Shown in pieces: positions 1-12,280 of a stretch of 64,000 nucleotides of DNA. Where the stretch lies: assembly GCA_964247055.1 (NCBI GenBank), contig OZ176056.1:8742001-8806000 (forward strand), written 5' to 3'. Source of the DNA: Paragordius varius (taxonomy: Eukaryota; Animalia; Nematomorpha). A model generated the notes under the pieces. The model did no database searches. It saw only the letters and a program-made list of their open reading frames with translations, and had not been told where the DNA came from. Numbering within the stretch: the first letter of the stretch is position 1; each line of letters starts with the position of its first letter. The translations under genes were made by a program, and so were the position numbers.

Positions 1-327
1 GGGTTTATCTAAAATGTTATAATCAAGCAGCTTCTTGTGGTAGCCAGACATTGATCCTGAACCACTATGGAAGATTTTATCTTCATCGTCGATCGGATAA
101 TAAATATTTCTCTGCGAATCTAGTTTCGATAATTCTTTCAATTTATCTTTTAACATTTCCAGTTGTTTGTCCCCCATGTGGCTGCATTTTATTTCGTTCA
201 ATTCACATTCGCATGATTTGGTTATATTGACGCACCAATCTCGAATAATTTTGTTCTCAATGAGTTCCTTGTGGGCTTTAATCAACGGACAAGCGAAGAA
301 AAAAAGTAATATAAGTAAAAAATTCAT
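1..327 (-). CDS. 5' part of a secreted or membrane protein (signal peptide, Cys-rich cap, possible LRR); runs off window edge
   Basis: ATG at 327 opens a stop-free 109-codon frame to base 1: MNFLLILLFFFACPLIKAHKELIENKIIRDWCVNITKSCECELNEIKCSHMGDKQLEMLKDKLKELSKLDSQRNIYYPIDDEDKIFHSGSGSMSGYHKKLLDYNILDKP. Hydrophobic N-terminus; C-x6-C-x-C-x6-C resembles an LRR N-cap. Absent from the ORF track because there is no stop in the window. Confidence 0.7.
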   Translation of the reverse strand, partial: MNFLLILLFFFACPLIKAHKELIENKIIRDWCVNITKSCECELNEIKCSHMGDKQLEMLKDKLKELSKLDSQRNIYYPIDDEDKIFHSGSGSMSGYHKKLLDYNILDKP

Positions 328-358
328 TTCAAGTTTTTAACGAAAAATAAATTTAAAG

Positions 359-450
359 CTAAAAGAGGGGCTTTTATAGACTGCGAAATTTTTGTACTCT
401 AAAAATCAAAATTAAAAATTTTGTAATTCAGCGAATCGTTCTTAACTCAC
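359..450 (-). other. Putative 5'-UTR intron of the left-edge gene
   Basis: Consensus donor AG|GTGAGT on minus strand (intron starts at 450); candidate acceptors ending at 399 (TTTTTAG), 381 (TTCGCAG) and 359 (CTTTTAG), all upstream of the ATG at 327. Confidence 0.3.
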
Positions 451-1099
451 CTTGTACGCAGTTTAAACATAACAAATTTTTGTAATGTATGAAATTATAT
501 CGAAAATAATGATTTCTGGGAAAATTTTAAATTAGAAATAGGTAAATACAATTTAGGTAAACATCCATAGTGCTTTCTTGTTTCTCTTTTAAATAAATGA
601 TATCTTTTCGTAGAACAAAATTATTTAACGCACTTTGGAAGTACAACCCATCTTTTTAGCTTTTACGCACCTAATGAAATTTTAAATATAAAATTAAAAA
701 TGATAATATGTTCTATACATATAAAACGCCCCAATCAATATATGAAGTTGCTGGAAAAGGTTTGATATTAATCCAAACTATTATAAATATAATATGTTTC
801 ACATCATAGTAAAATTTGAAAATAAAAAATATGACTTTATAATATTTTTTTCAAAAAGACAACCACACTTTTTATAGCTTGATTTTATAATATGAAATAG
901 ACATATATAATGTTAACACAATCAATTATATATTTTTTAGTTGTAATTAAACAAATTATAATGGAAAAATTAAGGTTTGAAAAAGTATGATTGTTGAAAA
1001 ATGCCTTTATATTTTTAGGTTTAGTCAGTATGATTTCATTTTTAATGTAGTTGTTTAAACATTGATTTTTTATCATAAACCATATAGTTATTGTGAAAT

Positions 1100-2400
1100 A
1101 TGTAATTAAGAGTATTACCACCAATTTACAACTTTTTTACGAGCCATATATTTAAATTTCAGTATTGTTAAATTTTATAAATTATATATGAAAAATAAAA
1201 GGTATAACCCCCGATATGTTGTCTGAAAAAATACAACAAATTCAAAATATTTAACATGTTTTTGGAAGTCTGATCTAAATATAACAATAAACTTCCTTTA
1301 ACCAATTTTTATAGACTAATAATTTTAAATTTTATTTGTAAAGTTTAATTTTAATAAATCGAGATATGAATTATAAAGGTTGTATTGACTAAACTTAAAA
1401 ATAACCTTTGTTTTCATTAAAAACAACATTTATATAAAGGTACAGTTACCTTAAAATTAAAATTGGAAGATTTTTAAAATAAAAAAACTAGGCTGGTCAA
1501 ATAGTTTAAAATTAGATTTTTATTAAGAATGAGAAAAAACAAGAGCTCTCAAAATTTTTCTAAATCAAATTAAAATTAAAGTACAGTAAATACTATGATT
1601 ATAAGGACAAAAGCTAAAAATATAAAGACAAATTATTTTTAAAAATATAACCCTTTTAAACTTTAATTAATCCTTTAAAAATCATTTATTAAAAATAATG
1701 TAATTGATTGTGTTATCAATATAAATATCTATTTTATACTTTATTGTTAAACAATGAGTTAAAAATCAAGATCTAAAAAGTATGTTTGTCTTTTGGTAAA
1801 AAACATTTGTCTTTATATTTTAACGGTTTGTCCGTATCAATGTTTACTGTAATCATACATTAAATTTATAAATTACTTATAATACTCTAATTAAGAACAG
1901 TTACGAGATTATTATTATTGATTATTTTGGAATTTCAGTCCATGACTTTTTAAGGAAACCTTATATCCCAGAGCGATGTAAAACTTTTTTAACAATTATG
2001 CCTTCTTTAGCCTTTTAAGCACATAATACAATTTTAAATATTTTCTTATATTCGCCGCCATTTAATTTCCTGTTAAATATTTCTGAAAGCAAACTAAATA
2101 CAATAGGCGAATAACTGTATAATATGGTTAGATAATGAAAATTATTATTTTACCAGAAAAATATTGATATTTATTGATTTTTTAAAACCAGTACCTGAGT
2201 TCAATCGTATTTTGGAGCTGTCCCAATTTTAGACGCTGGAAGTCACAAAAGTAAATATATAAGCTTTTTTAATCTACATGAGGACAATGTTTATTAATAA
2301 AATTTTAACTAAAATAACTTTCAAAAAAGTAGTTTAAAGATGATTAAGTTCTGGCATATAAAAATACCCAATAAATAAAAAGTTATTGAATCGTTGATTG
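1100..2400 (-). pseudogene. Probable highly decayed CR1/L2-like LINE RT remnant (also in the duplicate copy)
   Basis: Broken minus-strand frames give NLILNYLT (~1520), KLVKGSLLLYL (~1290) and GLYLLFFIYNL (~1200), in the order and approximate spacing of RLLNYL..GI.G.LL.W..GPLLFLIYINDL. Many stops. Confidence 0.3.
1584..1849. mobile_element. MITE family M1 (CAGTAAA termini, TA flanks; Tc1/mariner-type)
   Basis: TA|CAGTAAA...TTTACTG|TA with ~50-bp imperfect TIRs containing TATACGGACAAAA and ATATAAAGACAAAT. Confidence 0.75.
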
Positions 2401-2712
2401 GCTAAAAGGTTTCATTTCTATTTGCTACATTTATTGACAACGTATATTTATTGGGAACATGCGTATCATGGCAACAGATATGCAAATTACATCTAAAATA
2501 GAAATATTACCTAACTCATTAAATGAATCATACGATAGCCAATAATTTGATAGTTTAAAGTGCCTTGTAAAAAACCTCGTTTGCCATAACTATTTCATTT
2601 TCAAAATACTTTTTTGGTTAAAACACCTAATTTTATATAAATATTTTAGGACATGTATCCGATCACTTTGACCAATGTTTTAAGAGATGTAACGTTAGTA
2701 TAATCAATGGTA

Positions 2713-3057
2713 CAGTAAAAACCGAAACTATACGGACAAAACGTAAAAGTATAAGGGAAAAATTTTTTTCCTAAAAGAAAATTATACTTTTTAAACCTTG
2801 ATTTTTTCCTAATAAATTAATAACTGAAATTATACGGACAAAAGGTAAAAATATAGATACAATATAGTCAACCATTCCTTCTTAAACCTTAATTTATAAA
2901 CTAAATTAATATTGTGTATGTATTGATTTTCACATTTCTATATTTTACTTTGTAGTTTAAAACAATGAGTTATATTAAAGAATCAAGATTAAAAAAGTAT
3001 GATTATTTTGAAAAAAAATATTTTTACGTTTTGTCTGTATAATTTAAATTTTTACTG
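2713..3057. mobile_element. MITE family M1, copy with duplicated left subterminal block
   Basis: TA|CAGTAAAAACCGAAACTATACGGACAAAACG...TTTTTACTG|TA; a second TATACGGACAAAAGG block at ~2831. Confidence 0.7.
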
Positions 3058-4601
3058 TACATATTGGTAACACAATCAGTTATATATTTTACAAGCGTAA
3101 TTAAATCATTTATAATGGATAAATTAGGGTTTAAAAAAGTTTGATTGTCGAAAAATGTCTTTATATTTACCAGTTTAGTCAGTATGATTTCATTTTTTAA
3201 TGTAGGTTTAAACGATGATTTTTATCATAAACCATATAGTTTATAATTGTGAAATATGTAATTGAGACTATTACCACCAATTTACAACTCTTTTACGAGC
3301 CATATATTTAAATTTCACTATTGTTAAATTTTATAAATTAAACAAATCAGGGCTATAAATTATTTATGAAGAATAAAAGGTATAACCCCGATATGTTGTC
3401 TGAAACTAATACAAAAATATTTAACATGTTTTTGTAAGTCTGATTATTTAAATATAACAACAACCTATTAAACAATTTTTAATTTTATATTTTATTTCAT
3501 GTAAAGTTAAAATATAATAAACCGAGATATGAATTATAAAGGGTTATATTAACTAAACTTAAAAATAACCTTAGCTTACATTAAAAACAACATTTAAAAG
3601 GTACAGTAACCTTAAAATTAAAATTTAAAGATTTTGTTTTGTATAAAAAAAAACCAGGCTGGTAGTTTAAATTGGATTCTTTTTTAAAAGAATGAGAAAA
3701 ACAAGAGCTCTCAAAATTTTTATAAATCAAATCAAAATTAAAGTACACTAAATACTATAATTATACGGACAAAACTTAAAATATAAAGACAAATTTTTTT
3801 TTCAAAATATAACCATTTTAAACCTTAATTAATCCTATTAAAATCATTTAATAAATTAAAATGTTTGGGAAACCTTATATCCCAGAGCGATTTGAAATCT
3901 GAACATCTTAAATTTTCTTAAATAATTAAAAAATTATTTTTTTTAGCCTCTTAAGCACATAATACAATTTTCAAAAATCTTATATTCGCCGCCATTTAAT
4001 TTCTTTTAAATTTTTCTGAAAGCTATTATAATAGGCGAAAAACTGTATACTATGGTTTGATAATAAAAACATTAATAAGCTTTCAGGCTGCAAATTACCA
4101 GCAAAAAGTTGATATTAATTAAGTTCAAAATCAGTTCTTGAGTTCAATCGTATCTACATGAGGATGTTTAATAATTAAATTTTAACTAAAATAACTTTCC
4201 AAAAATTAGTTTAAAGATGATTAAGTTCTGGCATATAAAAATACCCAATAAAGTAAAAAGTTATTGAATCGTTATTGGCTCAAAGGTTTCATTTCATTGT
4301 TTTTATTGCTAAAGTATATTTATTGCGGAGAGGCGCCATTGTAGAGTTTTATGGCAACAGATATGCAAATAAAATATTCTAGCCATTTAAAATAAACGTA
4401 GTCAATAAATGAATCATACGATAGCCAATAATTTAATAGTTTAAAGTGCCTTGTAAGAAACCTCGTTTACCATAAAAAATTCATTTTCAAAATCCAAGTT
4501 TTTTGGTTTAATACCTAAATGAATACTAATATTTTAGGACATGTATTCGATCACTTTTGCCCATTTTTTTAAGAAATGTAACCTTAGTATAATCAATGGT
4601 A

Positions 4602-4845
4602 CAGTAAAAATCGAAATTATACGTACAAAACTTAAAAATATAAAGACAATTTTTTTCAAAAGCCACCATACTTTTTCAAACCTTGATACAATTGTAAAAT
4701 ATATGATTGATCCTGGTGTCAATGTCTATTTATACTTAGCAATCATTAATAGTGATATATATAAAAAAATCAAAATTTAAAAAATATTTGAAAAAAAATT
4801 TTTCTGTATGTTTACGTTTTCTCCGTATAATTACAGTTTTTACTG
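4602..4845. mobile_element. MITE family M1
   Basis: TA|CAGTAAAAATCGAAATTATACG...CCGTATAATTACAGTTTTTACTG|TA. Confidence 0.75.
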
Positions 4846-5989
4846 TAATGATTGGGAATGGATTCCTATATTTATAAATTTTTCCTGAAGTTTTTGAAAG
4901 TAACAATACGCAATTCAGAAGTTAAATACTTACAGAAATTATTAAAAAGAGATAAATAAGGGAATGTATTTTTATTTAAATATTCCTCACTCATCAACAC
5001 ATGTTTGTACTTGCTAGAAAATATCCCTTTTCTCGAAACAGTTATTTTACTAAATAGCTCATTTCGTCCTTACTTAATATTCTGTAATACAGTAGATGTA
5101 ATAACCTCATACAATATTTTGTCTCAGTTTTTTTAAAATCCGCCTTTATAAATAGCCTAAATACACAAGCTAATCTATATTCAAACTTCCCTAATTAATC
5201 ACCAAAATAACTGGCACAATTGAACTATTCATTGGTATTGTATAAATCTAATTGAGAATCATCGTTTCGACTAAATCGCACCAATTCTGACAGCGCACAT
5301 TTATACTTTTATTAAAAGATATTAGGAAAATTTGATCATTTAGCGTTAATTTAATTTAAGATCATATATTGGTATTTTTTGTATGGATACGGATTATTTT
5401 TTGGGACTCAAGGCCTTATATTAATTTCACTTTCACCACAAAACATGGTAATATATAAGCTGCCACTCTTATTGCTACTAATAGAAGTCAGGACGTTTTT
5501 CATCTTGAAAAATTATTTAGAAATTTATTTGGATAGAAATAATTTTTATTAATACCACTAATGTCTTGATATATATTTTCTTTTCATCATACGTCTTATT
5601 AATATAATATATTGAGGTCAATATTATTTAAATCTTGAGCCCGAAAGAAATATAATATTAAATATTTAACGACTAAATAAAATAATTTATGCCTATTTAT
5701 AATTTAAACAATAGATAATATTTTTAAGCAAATTTATATGTATGCAATTAGATGTTGGTATTTAATTTTAATTAATTAATTTCAACATGAATTTTTTACA
5801 AAGTATAAATTTTTTTATTAATTTCATATAAAATACGGCCCCCACAAAAAATGTGGACGTCCGCCTAGCGTAATGCGCCTTAAAAAAAATAAATGATAGA
5901 TTAACCAAAAAAATATTTATTTCAATTTTTAAATTTTACTCTAACGAGGGTTGATTAACTAACTTAGAGAGAAATGCAATATTAATTTG

Positions 5990-6606
5990 GCTAAAAACAG
6001 ACTTCTTACAGGAATTCATAAGGATTGTTGGTTGATATTCCACTACTTTTTGATCTTATTTTCAGAAATTATATACTTTATAATTTCCACTCACAAGATT
6101 CCAAAATAAAACAGTAAAAAATTTTTATACACTCATAAACCAGATGACAAAAAAATGGAAAAATAAAAAACGATATTTTTTGGTTTTATTTTGTATAAGT
6201 TTTCTGAATAAAATATGAATGTTAAGATTTTAATAGTGATTTTAGCTAGTAAATAATTTAAAAAAATAATTTAATTTAGTTTCATAAGAAATATTTTGTC
6301 TTTAAAGTGTGTTAAAAGAAAAACGCCATCTTTTGACCTGAGATTTTATAGAAACCTTAACTGTATGATTTTATGCTATTTATATATTGGAAATATCTCA
6401 TAAAATGATAATAAACCATAATAGCTCAAATTTTATGATTATTTTTTGAATTGACCTTAATTATCCATAATTTTCAATTTTTGCCCGATTTCGATTTTCT
6501 CTCAATAATTCAAAAACTAGGTCGTCAACAAATAAAAATTTTTGCGGCAAGTGAACTGGTCATAAACTATCTCATGAAAAAATTAACCTCTTTTTTACAC
6601 ACAGTG
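5990..6606. mobile_element. Long-TIR element family P (centre plus right arm)
   Basis: Directly similar to ~20330-20907 and reverse-complement similar to ~19860-20290; ends CACAGTG|TA. Confidence 0.6.
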
Positions 6607-6617
6607 TACACACAAAA

Positions 6618-6900
6618 CAGTAAAAAATAAAATTATATCGACAAAACGTAAAAATATAAAGACAAATATTTTTTTAAAAAGACAACCATATTCTTAATTT
6701 TTGCTATATAAAATATTTAAATACAATCGTAAACTACATAATTGATTGTGCTACCAATTTACATTTTTAATTTATATTTTGCAGTTTAAACAATCAGTTA
6801 TATTTAAAAAAATTATGATTAAAAAAATATGGTTGTCTTTTAGAAAAAGTATTTGTCTTTATATTTTTGCGTTTTGTCCGTATAATTTCAATTTTTATTG
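6618..6900. mobile_element. MITE family M1
   Basis: About 75-bp TIRs: CAGTAAAAAATAAAATTATATCGACAAAACG...GACAACCATA versus TATGGTTGTC...CGTTTTGTCCGTATAATTTCAATTTTTATTG. Further degenerate copies at ~810-1049, ~3745-3860 (truncated) and ~7395-7545. Confidence 0.7.
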
Positions 6901-8149
6901 TATTTTTCTTGATCATAAATGTATTATCGCAATTCATCACACTACAATCAAAGTGATATTGTCATAATTTAGACTTAACAACATGAAAAAGAGAACACGA
7001 ATAAAATGCCTTATTCATCATGCCTGATTCAATACTAGTTGTTGATTTGTCAAATATTTTTGATTCTAATGTAGTGAAAATTAAAATAACTAAACATATA
7101 GGCCCGCGTGTAGATAATTGCAAAAGTATTACATACATTGCACTTATACTTTTTGCGTTTCTTTTTATATCCCATCATTCATCTAACTAACATGTTTTAA
7201 TAAATCGCTGCTCATTTTTTTATATATTCATTTATTGATAATTTTTATCGTGCCATTTCGGTTTTTTTGGTTCTTTTATATAAACGCCTCCATTTTAAAT
7301 AGATTCATAAATTTGTGACTTTTGGAACCTAATTAAATTAAATCTCAACATAAACATTAGCTCTTTGAGTAAATTTTTTAGCTTGCTTCAATAAAATTAC
7401 AGGAAAATCTGTATATACGGACGAATTTTTAAACTAACAAACAAATTTTTTTTATAGCAAACATATTAAAATCAAAAGATTAAAATATATGCAGACAAAT
7501 TTTTTTATACGGACAAAAAATTTTTTTACGGAAAAACCGAAATACAATAGGATATGAAGGAGCCCTCACTTATAATATGGATAAACAATAACCCTATGAT
7601 TTCTAGTCGGCTAAATGTGATATATATTTTTTAAGAAGCTCTAAAACTATAACATAACATTTGATATTCACCAACTTTAAAATAAACCATTTTTGATTAA
7701 ACATTAATTGTGAGATATCGCATTTTATTTATTAATTTAAAATAGCATTGTAGTTATATTTGATACCAAAGGTAGACGAATAGTATTTAATCGTCTCCTT
7801 AATGAGCTTATAAGATAAGATATTTAAAATCAACAAGACTCCCATCTTCACATTAATTGAAAGTTGTCACACGTAACATTATATTAAAGAGGGTAGATCA
7901 GGGGTGTCCAACAGGGTACTAATTTTGAGTGGCTCTTTGAAAATTTTGAAAAAAAATAATTTCTAATTTTTTTAAAAAATTATTCTATATAAATTATGCA
8001 TTTTTATATTAACATTTAAATTATTTTTAGAAACTTTTAATAAAATTCTTTTATAAATATCTATCATCGCATTCAATTAATCATTTATAAAGCACATTTT
8101 TTCCTACATATTATTTCCAACTTCAAGATGATAACTTTCAAATTAAATT

Positions 8150-8375
8150 AAAACATTAACTTGCAAAAAATAGGTATTTAAAATAATTTATTTAGCGTCC
8201 ATATCAATACTGGGAATTATAATTTGGGTCCATTGAAACATTGAAATACTTGCGAAAAATAAGTATTTAAAAAATTTTATCTAGCCTTCATACCAATACT
8301 GGAATTATAATTTGGGTCCATTGAAACATTAAATTACTTGCAAAAAATAGGTATTTAAAATAATTTATTTAGCTT
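8150..8375. repeat. About 2.5 copies of a ~88-bp tandem repeat in the hAT 5' region
   Basis: ACTTGC(A/G)AAAAATA(G/A)GTATTTAAAA recurs three times; CAATACTGG(G)AATTATAATTTGGGTCCATTGAAACATT twice. Confidence 0.85.
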
Positions 8376-8380
8376 TCAAT

Positions 8381-11215
8381 ATGCATAAATCTAAAAAAGT
8401 AACTAGAAAATACAATCCAGACTGGTAATTAAAATATGGGTTTATGCAAATTTTCAACAATGCGGAGTGCCATATTTGCAAATTTACGACAAACGGGTTT
8501 CGCGAATATAATTTAAAAAGACATGCCAATACCATGCATTTGGATTTTATTATTATGACACAGAAATGAAAATAATAGAATTAGAATCTTTAAAGAATAT
8601 TAATAATCTCCAACCAACAATTTCATTCACGCAACCTTATCCGATAGTAAAAGCAAATTATATTGATGACAATTTACTCTCCAAAAAATTAAGCCTTATT
8701 CTGATGGTGAGTTTGTAAAGGAATGCGTACTGGAAATTATAAAATGTGTTTTGCCTAATAAAGTTGAATTAATATTCAGTATAAGTCTTTCGCGCAATAC
8801 TATGTGTCGACGAATTACAGACATTGCAGAAGAAATTCAACTTTGAATTCAAAATTTTGTGGCGTTTTCCTTGTCATTTGATGAAAGCACAGATATAAGC
8901 AACATATCATTGGTAGTCTTTATTCGAGGGATAGATAAATTTTTTAACATAACAGAAGATATGTTAGGCTTACTTCCGATGAAAAATACAACTAAGGGAG
9001 ATGATATGTTTCATGCAATTTTAAAATGTATTGAGGACAATAAATTAAATATGAGGGCGCTATCTTGTTTGACAACTCGTGCCCCAGCTATGATGGGGAA
9101 AAACAAGGGAACCGTGAAATTATTGTTAAATATGATGGAATCCGATGGTATTAATATTGACCATATATATATAATGCATTGCATGATTCACCGTGAAAAT
9201 CTCTGCGCACATGCTCTGACAATGGACGATGTTATGACCGTTGTTATTAAAGTAGTTAATTTTATAAAATCTCATGCTTTGAAGCATAGGCAGTTGAAGG
9301 AGTTATTAAAAAAAATTCATTTAGAATATGGAGATCTTATATTTTTTCAAATGTAAGGTGGCTTAGTCGAGGGAAATATGTTTAAAAAGGTTTTATTTGT
9401 TATTATTAAAAGAAATAAATATTTTTCTATTACAGAATAATTATTTGGTAGAGGAATTAACCAATGAAGATTGGTTGTCAGATTTATGTTTTTCCGTAGA
9501 TATTACCGAAAAACTTAATCAATCAAATGAATCCTTGCAAAAGCAAGATAATTTATTTGTTGATTCGAATAACCATATTAAAGCGTTTTGTAAAAGTTGA
9601 CGTTATTTGAATGCCATTTAAAAAAAATGATGCTGAACATTTTCCAGAATCGAATAGATTTCAAGCTGGTAAAACTAACGATTTTTCAAAATATGCAGAT
9701 CAAATTAACATATCATTTTAATAACACTGCTCAACAAGGTTTTGCACCACCCCATTATTTTTGCATTTTCTGATACCTAATGGCATGGAAAGGCCAAAAC
9801 AAAAAAGAAAATTGAGGCCACCAATAGGATTTTTCCGAAATTTAATTTTTAAATTTGTATTTAATTTAAAATTAACAATCATTCCTCGTATATATATGTT
9901 TAAATATTCAAACGAACAAGTCGATACAAGTAATATTCCATGCATGAATAACAAAATTCTAGGCATTAAATAAGATACTAAACAAGCTAAGAGCCAAAGT
10001 ATTAAAAATCTAAAAGAGGCTTATGTATAGTGTGATAGATCCGGGCGGCTGCGCATGCTCTGCATATCCCCCAAGCGATCCAATTATGCCAGATATGGCA
10101 AAGATAACATTAAGTAATCGTAAAGCCCGATAAGAGAGACTTGCAAGCAAAATCCAGGCAAATTGACATGTCAAATTAACCAATTCACAGAATAAAGTTA
10201 GAATTGAATAAAAAGATTAGATAAATACAAATGGTCCAATCCCATAATAGTAAATTCTACTAAAAGTGGCTACACAACATCCATCTGAAATTAAAAGTAC
10301 AAGACAACCAATAATTTTAAAAAAATAAAGTATATCCACTAGGTATAAATAAAGGAATTTTTGTGAGAACCAACTCAAGAAAAAAGCCTAATAAGTACTC
10401 AAAAGAATGAAAACTAACAAAAAAAATATAGCCTATCTAAAAGCCGAAGGTTTAAACCATAGAATGCCTTTTTTAGTATTTTTATAAAAAATTTTTATAT
10501 GTATTAAAAATTCACTTGAAAGAAAAAGACAAAATTTTGACGTTTAAGTCCGTACTATTTTTTTCTCTCTGATATTTAAATGACATATTTATATTAAAAA
10601 GATAGAGTTTATAACGCTTTATTAAATGATATTAAGTTTATAATATAATAACATTTTATTATAAAGTTATATGTAATTTTCTCTCAATTTTCTCTTGTTT
10701 TTGAAAAATTGAAAAACCTATAATATTTCAAAATTCTGATTGGCGGGATCAAAAATTTTTTCTCGGTTTTTAAACACTGAAATTCGTCATAATTTAAAAG
10801 TTTGAGTGGTGGTGCTCAAAAATGTCAAAATTTGTCGACTAGTGTAATCGATACGGTGATATGACAAAATATGAAAAAATATTTGATTTATTTTGTTGTC
10901 GTTCTATGTTGAGGCTATCAACGCTCCTATTAATTTACAAATGAAATTACTAGATTTGCAATCCAATAATGAATTAAAATTATTCATTTGGCAAACATAA
11001 AATTGAATAAATTTCCTAATTTAAGAATTTTCGCACAAAGATTAATTTTGCTTTTAGGTCCACTTATCTAAGTTTTTTTCTAAAATGAAATACACAAAAT
11101 CTCTTTGTTCTTTATTAACTAATGAAAACTTGGGGAATGAATTGAGATGTGCTGTATCAAATATTGATATAGATCTGAATAAATTAAGCAAAAAATCACA
11201 AAACAAATATCCCAT
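8381..11215 (+). pseudogene. hAT transposase pseudogene (GTF2IRD2/SPIN-like), split by an insertion
   Basis: MHKSKKVTRKYNPDW*..CHICK..EYNLKRH zinc-finger-like start; SLSRNTMCRRI; FSLSFDESTDIS; HCMIHRENLCA; RWLSRG (~9356); LCFSVDITEKLNQ; C-terminal dimerisation-like KMKYTKS..LTNENL..LRCA. Several stops and frameshifts. Confidence 0.9.
9725..10844 (+). mobile_element. Non-autonomous CAC...GTG DNA transposon, family A copy 1 (Chapaev3/CMC-like)
   Basis: Ends CACTGCTCAACAA...TTGTCGACTAGTG; 3-bp TSD TAA (9722-9724 / 10845-10847); interrupts the hAT transposase. Confidence 0.88.
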
Positions 11216-11274
11216 TAAAAATTTTGAAAAATATTTTTATTTTTATTTAGATAAAAAAACTTTATTAGACATTA

Positions 11275-11730
11275 TCCTCGACAACAATCATGTGCACAGA
11301 GATTTTTACGGTGTCAATGCATTGTATATATTTGATCAAATTTATCGCATCGGTTTCCATCTTACCCTTGTTTTTTCCATCGTGGATGGGCACCAATCGT
11401 TAGCAAACAAGGCACGCTCATATTTAACTTAATACATTTTAAATTGCATAATTATCATCTCCCTTTAAGAAGGTAACATTTCTTTTGTAGAGACTATCAA
11501 TTGAAGATGCTAATATATGTGCTTTTAGGCACTTACTTTTAAGTCAGGTCCATTGCTTGATCGTGATCTTGTATCCCGCGAAATATTTAACATTTTATAA
11601 TTTCATGTACGCTTCTCATGATATCGCTGTCTGAATAAATAAGGTTAGATTTTGGCGATTAAATTTGCCACAGTCTATTCTGGTCATACTATCGAATTGC
11701 AATAAGTTTACCATATCCATGTATTTTTAT
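11275..11730 (-). pseudogene. Inverted, diverged hAT transposase fragment inside the hAT 3' region
   Basis: Reverse complement aligns with 8860-9220, e.g. AAATATGAG..CTTGTTTG..GATGG.AAAAACAAGGG and CACCGT(G/A)AAAATCTCTG(C/T)GCACATG. Confidence 0.65.
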
Positions 11731-12194
11731 CTTTTTTTACAGATTGATATTATTTAATTGGCAAAGCATTATTATATTTGTACTGTTTATTTTCTTTTTG
11801 ATATGAAAATTAGCACATCTATATGTTAATATAATAAATTTATTTGTTACCAATGTCTTGATATATAAAAATAAAAAGTGGCTCTTTGGAATTTTAAGTT
11901 CGAAAAGGTGGCTCTTCAAGCCATTTGTGTTGGACACCCCTGATCTAAGCATTAAATTTTTTAAAAACTATTGTTATGCTTTTTATAGGGAGTTCTTGAT
12001 ATATTTTAGTGATATTTTTTGGAATGAAGCATTTATCTTTCACCAAAAAAATTTGATTTATAAAATGTGTGCAAATTTTTCCATTTTCAGATATAGAGCA
12101 CTTAATACAAAAGTTTAAATAACTTTTTTATATTATTCGTAAGGGCCAAATTCAAAAGCACCATATCCCTGAGACATTTTGCTATCCAAATATA

Positions 12195-12280
12195 TACCAT
12201 TTACAGTTAAAATTCACCCTTGAACAATTCAAATTTACCCTAAAAATAAACTATGTGTTTTCAAACTAATATAACTCCTT
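12195..12280. mobile_element. MITE family M2, left part only, truncated at the RTE 3' tail
   Basis: TACCATTTACAGTTAAAATTCACCCTTGAACAATTCAAATTTACCCTAAAAATAAA matches the left end of the 24485 element. Confidence 0.75.

Larger units (their letters stand above)
905..4600. repeat. Old tandem duplication, two copies (~905-2712 and ~3062-4600)
   Basis: Collinear blocks, e.g. GAGCCATATATTTAAATTTC at ~1141/~3296, AAACCTTATATCCCAGAGCGA at ~1956/~3870, GAATCATACGATAGCCAATAAT at ~2524/~4411. Copy 2 lacks ~1720-1955. Confidence 0.9.
7899..11942 (+). mobile_element. hAT DNA transposon (SPIN/Buster/Charlie-like), inactivated
   Basis: Perfect 14-bp TIR CAGGGGTGTCCAAC (7899-7912) / GTTGGACACCCCTG (11929-11942); subterminal GTGGCTC motifs; internal transposase remnants. 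No matching 8-bp TSD (GGGTAGAT vs ATCTAAGC). Confidence 0.9.

Noticed and set aside
885-6967. Short hydrophobic ORFs (885-1124, 4534-4780, 6746-6967)
   Set aside because: They lie in MITEs and AT-rich repeats; composition explains the I/F/K/N-rich translations.
9761-9973. Conserved 66-70-aa ORF in all three family A copies (and the antisense ORFs)
   Set aside because: TTG start, no recognisable domain; conservation follows from copy identity. I found no Chapaev transposase motif in the interior.
11085-11432. 115-aa ORF as a separate gene
   Set aside because: The first ~40 aa are the hAT C-terminus; the rest reads through the UTR into the inverted transposase fragment.
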